Assembly (NCBI GenBank): GCA_030704615.1
Contig: CM060732.1
Span: forward strand, 8,060,001-8,124,000
DNA from: Takakia lepidozioides
Lineage: Eukaryota > Plantae > Bryophyta
Length of the DNA: 64,000 nucleotides
Direction of reading: 5' to 3'
The notes under the pieces are model-generated. The model saw only the letters and a program-made list of their open reading frames with translations, was not told the DNA's origin and ran no database searches. This document shows positions 60,906 to 64,000 of the stretch, one piece after another (positions within the stretch are counted from its first letter, which is position 1; each line of letters opens with the position of its first letter). A program made the translations under genes and the position numbers.

Positions 60906-63900
60906 ATGGTGAGGAAGAAGGAGGAGGGCAGTGCGGGTGCCACTGTAGGCAAGAGTAAGGGGAAGGATGCATCAAAGTCTGGTAAAGATGCTCCGAAGAA
61001 GGAGCGTCTCTCAGTGTCTGCGTTTCTCTCGAATATTGACAAGCCTAAGCCTGTTGCCGCCCCAAAAGCCAAGCCCAAGATGGGTTCTGCAGCGGGTGCC
61101 TATACATCGGGAATAGATCTACCTCCTTCTGATGATGAAGATGAGGAGGTACTAATTTCTGCTCGGAAGCTCGTCACTGCAGAGTTTTGAGTTTTGAACG
61201 GGTGCCCTGCTCTTCTCTTGTGTCTCTCTGAGGCTCTCTTTGGCTCTGTCTTTGTGTCTTGATGTCTTTTTCTTGTTTCCTGTGCGGGTGCATGCATGTA
61301 CTCCCGAATTGAACATATCGAAGGTAAGAGGGCGTAACTGAACAGAATTTGGAGATTCATGTTTTTACAGGTGTTTGATTGCATGACTACCTATTGTCTC
61401 GGGGTTTTCACGTATGTGAGCCAATGGATCCAGAAGGAGGAATCTCGAGACATAGGGTTCGTGCCGTGAGAACTTCAGGATACTCGTGTAAGCTGAAGAT
61501 TCTGGCTTGGTTTGTTCTATTTCTCAGTCTTATTGTGCAAAAGGAGTTAGCTCCATGACGTCAATAGCTGTGAGGCGCTATTGATTGAAGGGGGCGATTC
61601 ATTCTTTTACTCGAACATTTAGATTTGAAGGCAGACACGGGGCTGGGTTTCCGCATACATGCCAGACTGAGTTTTAGGGTCTGGGTTTCAGGACAGGCCT
61701 CTTAAGTAACCAGTTAGTGGGTGAACCACAAATGAGGCCTGGGAATGGCCTTAAAGCTAAAGTCTTGCAAGTAGATTCAAGCTTGGAACCATTTGGTTAC
61801 ATACGCAAACTATTAGGGTCCGGGATCTCTGTAGTCTGTGTCGTGGGCATTGTCTCCGCAGTTTTAGCCCAAGGGTTTAGTCTCTTGCTTGCATCTGCAG
61901 AATAATAGGGTTTTAAGGATTTCTGTGAATTATTTGTCCGGTGGGAAGTGTTGCAGCCGTTTTGAGACGAGTACAGGTCTGGGGACGTATAGAAATGCCT
62001 GAAGAATGAGTATCTTGTGGAGGCTCGCACCCACGTTTGAACATCAATACCACAATGCTTGTCCTAAATGATACTTTCACCTAGTTTGATATTAGAGGGG
62101 TATTGAACAAATTCTGTTTGTAGACTCCGGTTTGGGCATTGAAGCAGAGAAGGATAAAGTCTGTTTGGCTGGGTACTACAAGAAATCGGAGTCATCTTCA
62201 TTAATTTCGTTTTTGGATTCACTTGAAGCCTGCGTCAATTTTTGCTGTAGACTGAGATAGCAAGCGAGGAGGAAGCTGCCCTTTCAAATAGGCGTGGGCC
62301 AGGGCGTGGGATTGATACTTCTGTCACAGAGCGAGAGGCCAAGAAACGGGAGAAGAGGGAGACAATTTCTGCTCAAGCAGCAGAGTTTGCAAAGCAAGAA
62401 GCTTTGAAAGATGACCAGAATGCTTTTTCTGTAGTGATTGGGACACGGACCTCAGCGGAAGGTATCCAGTTCCACAACCCCCACTCATTGCTGAGCCTTC
62501 GTTGTAAAGAGGAATGTAGTTGGTAAGAGGCGAAAAGACATGATTCTAAGCCCTAGTTAGCTTGTTATCTGCAGAGAAATTGATATCCATGTTACATCAG
62601 GGAGAGCGAGAAAGAGAGAGCGTTGCCATGTTGCATACTACGGCTGCACTCACAACAGTTGTATGTTAGACTTCCAAGAGAAAGGGTAGGGTGAGGGAGA
62701 GGAGGCCATGGAACTTAGTGACTAGGTTGTATCAGAGTTTCAAGCCCCATGCTGTTGCTGAGTGAGCTCCAGTTTCTACTGAACAATCAAACTTTGACCT
62801 GTCTTAGTGTGCAAATAAACACTGCGAAGGAGCTACACTAACAAAGGATTCTGTGTGTACTTGAAGGTGAGGATGCGGCTGATGCGAATGTCAAGGATAT
62901 CAAAATTGACAGCTTCTCAGTGTCTGCCCGTGGCAAGGAGCTGCTGAAAAATACTTCTCTTACCATCGTGCATGGCCGGCGGTATGGATTAGTAGGGCCC
63001 AATGGAAAAGGCAAGTCAACTTTGCTTAAATTGCTGGCATGGCGCCAGATTCCAGTACCTAAGAATATTGATGTGTTGCTAGTTGAGCAAGAAGTTGTAG
63101 GGGATGACCGAATGGCACTTCAGGCAGTTGTTGCTGCCGATGAGGAGTTGATGCGATTGAGGGAGGAGGTTGTGCATTTGCAAGACCTTACCCTGAAGGA
63201 GGAGGATGATTTGGAAAAGGATGATGAAGCTGCTGATGCTGCGGAACAACTTACAGCTGTCTATGAGAAGTTGCAAGCGATGGGAGGAGATGCTGCCGAA
63301 TCACGGGCCTCTAAAATTCTGGTGGGATTGGGTTTTACTAAGGATATGCAGGTAAGGAGTCTCAGTCTCTATACTTGTTGTTTGCTGTATTACATCTTAA
63401 TCCAGTTGTAGATAGTTCCACTGGTAGCTGGACACCTGGTTGGTGTTGATGCTTGCAAAGTAGGGGGACCTGCCTCTCATGCTATAGTTTTGGGAACAAC
63501 AGAGGAGGTGTAAGTCAGCTGGGTAAATTCTTGTTCCTCAAGGAGTCTCTGTGAGGGGCAGTGTTGATTGGTACTTGATTCCCATGTCAAGATTATGGTC
63601 TTTGAGAGAGCCCTTGCCCTGTGTCCCTCTCAATATTATATCTGCACCCTCTACCAGGAACTGATGAAGTCCGTGGGGAGTTATCACAGCGGGTCACTGT
63701 TATGCAGGATATAGTTGATTTGTCTGAACTCTTAGATTGACTCTCGAAGTTATGAGACAACATTCTTTCCGGTTTTCTTCCTTTTCTATCTTCCAAGTGG
63801 GCTGTCCTGGATACTTGGTGCTGGTGCTGGTGTTTCCATCTTTGAAAGCTCTTCTTTATCCTGGATGTGACTATTTGGATACCTCTCAACTATGAGTTCA

Positions 63901-64000
63901 GAGTTACTAGGCTCTTTTTTTTTTATATCTGAATGCAGGGTAGGTCAACAAAGTCTTTCAGTGGGGGCTGGCGCATGCGTATCTCACTGGCACGTGCTCT
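60906..64000 (+). CDS. ABCF4: ABC transporter F family member 4-like (GCN4/ABC50-type), 3' end outside the window. Exons: 60906-61148, 62251-62461, 62867-63351, 63939->64000
   Basis: YTSGIDLPPSDDE; DANVKDIKIDSFSVSARGKELLKN...RYGLVGPNGKGKSTLLKLLAWRQIPVPKNIDVLLVEQEVVGDD; FSGGWRMRISLARAL. Confidence 0.93.

Overview
Eukaryotic, intron-rich nuclear DNA from a land plant. A non-seed plant or bryophyte is likely, inferred from the PLS-type PPR fragments and the gene set. Ordinary spliced genes lie at both ends: RNA Pol I/III AC19 subunit, a TAP-like ABCB half transporter, TMEM230, an N-acylated adenylate-kinase-like gene, a COA3-like small protein, and ABCF4/GCN4. The centre is a mitochondrial succinate/fumarate carrier (SFC1) pseudogene whose intron (22659-59471, about 36.8 kb) holds nested transposons. 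The outer element is a decayed Ty3/Gypsy polyprotein containing a C5 cytosine DNA methyltransferase domain between protease and RT and a PHD finger after integrase. It is interrupted by three CACTA elements with visible TIRs and 3-bp TSDs; the two large ones carry host gene fragments (SKIP31-like F-box, PPR). Inside the largest CACTA is an 11.4-kb Mutator-like element with a 10-bp TSD. It encodes a DDE/SWIM transposase and, divergently, a multi-exon gene with a ParB-like (DGNHR) domain and a beta-class N4C/N6A methyltransferase-like domain. One intron of that gene holds an array of 22-24 bp palindromes. Two unrelated transposons, each carrying a different class of DNA methyltransferase, are the most notable content. 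All calls come from reading the sequence; no searches were run.
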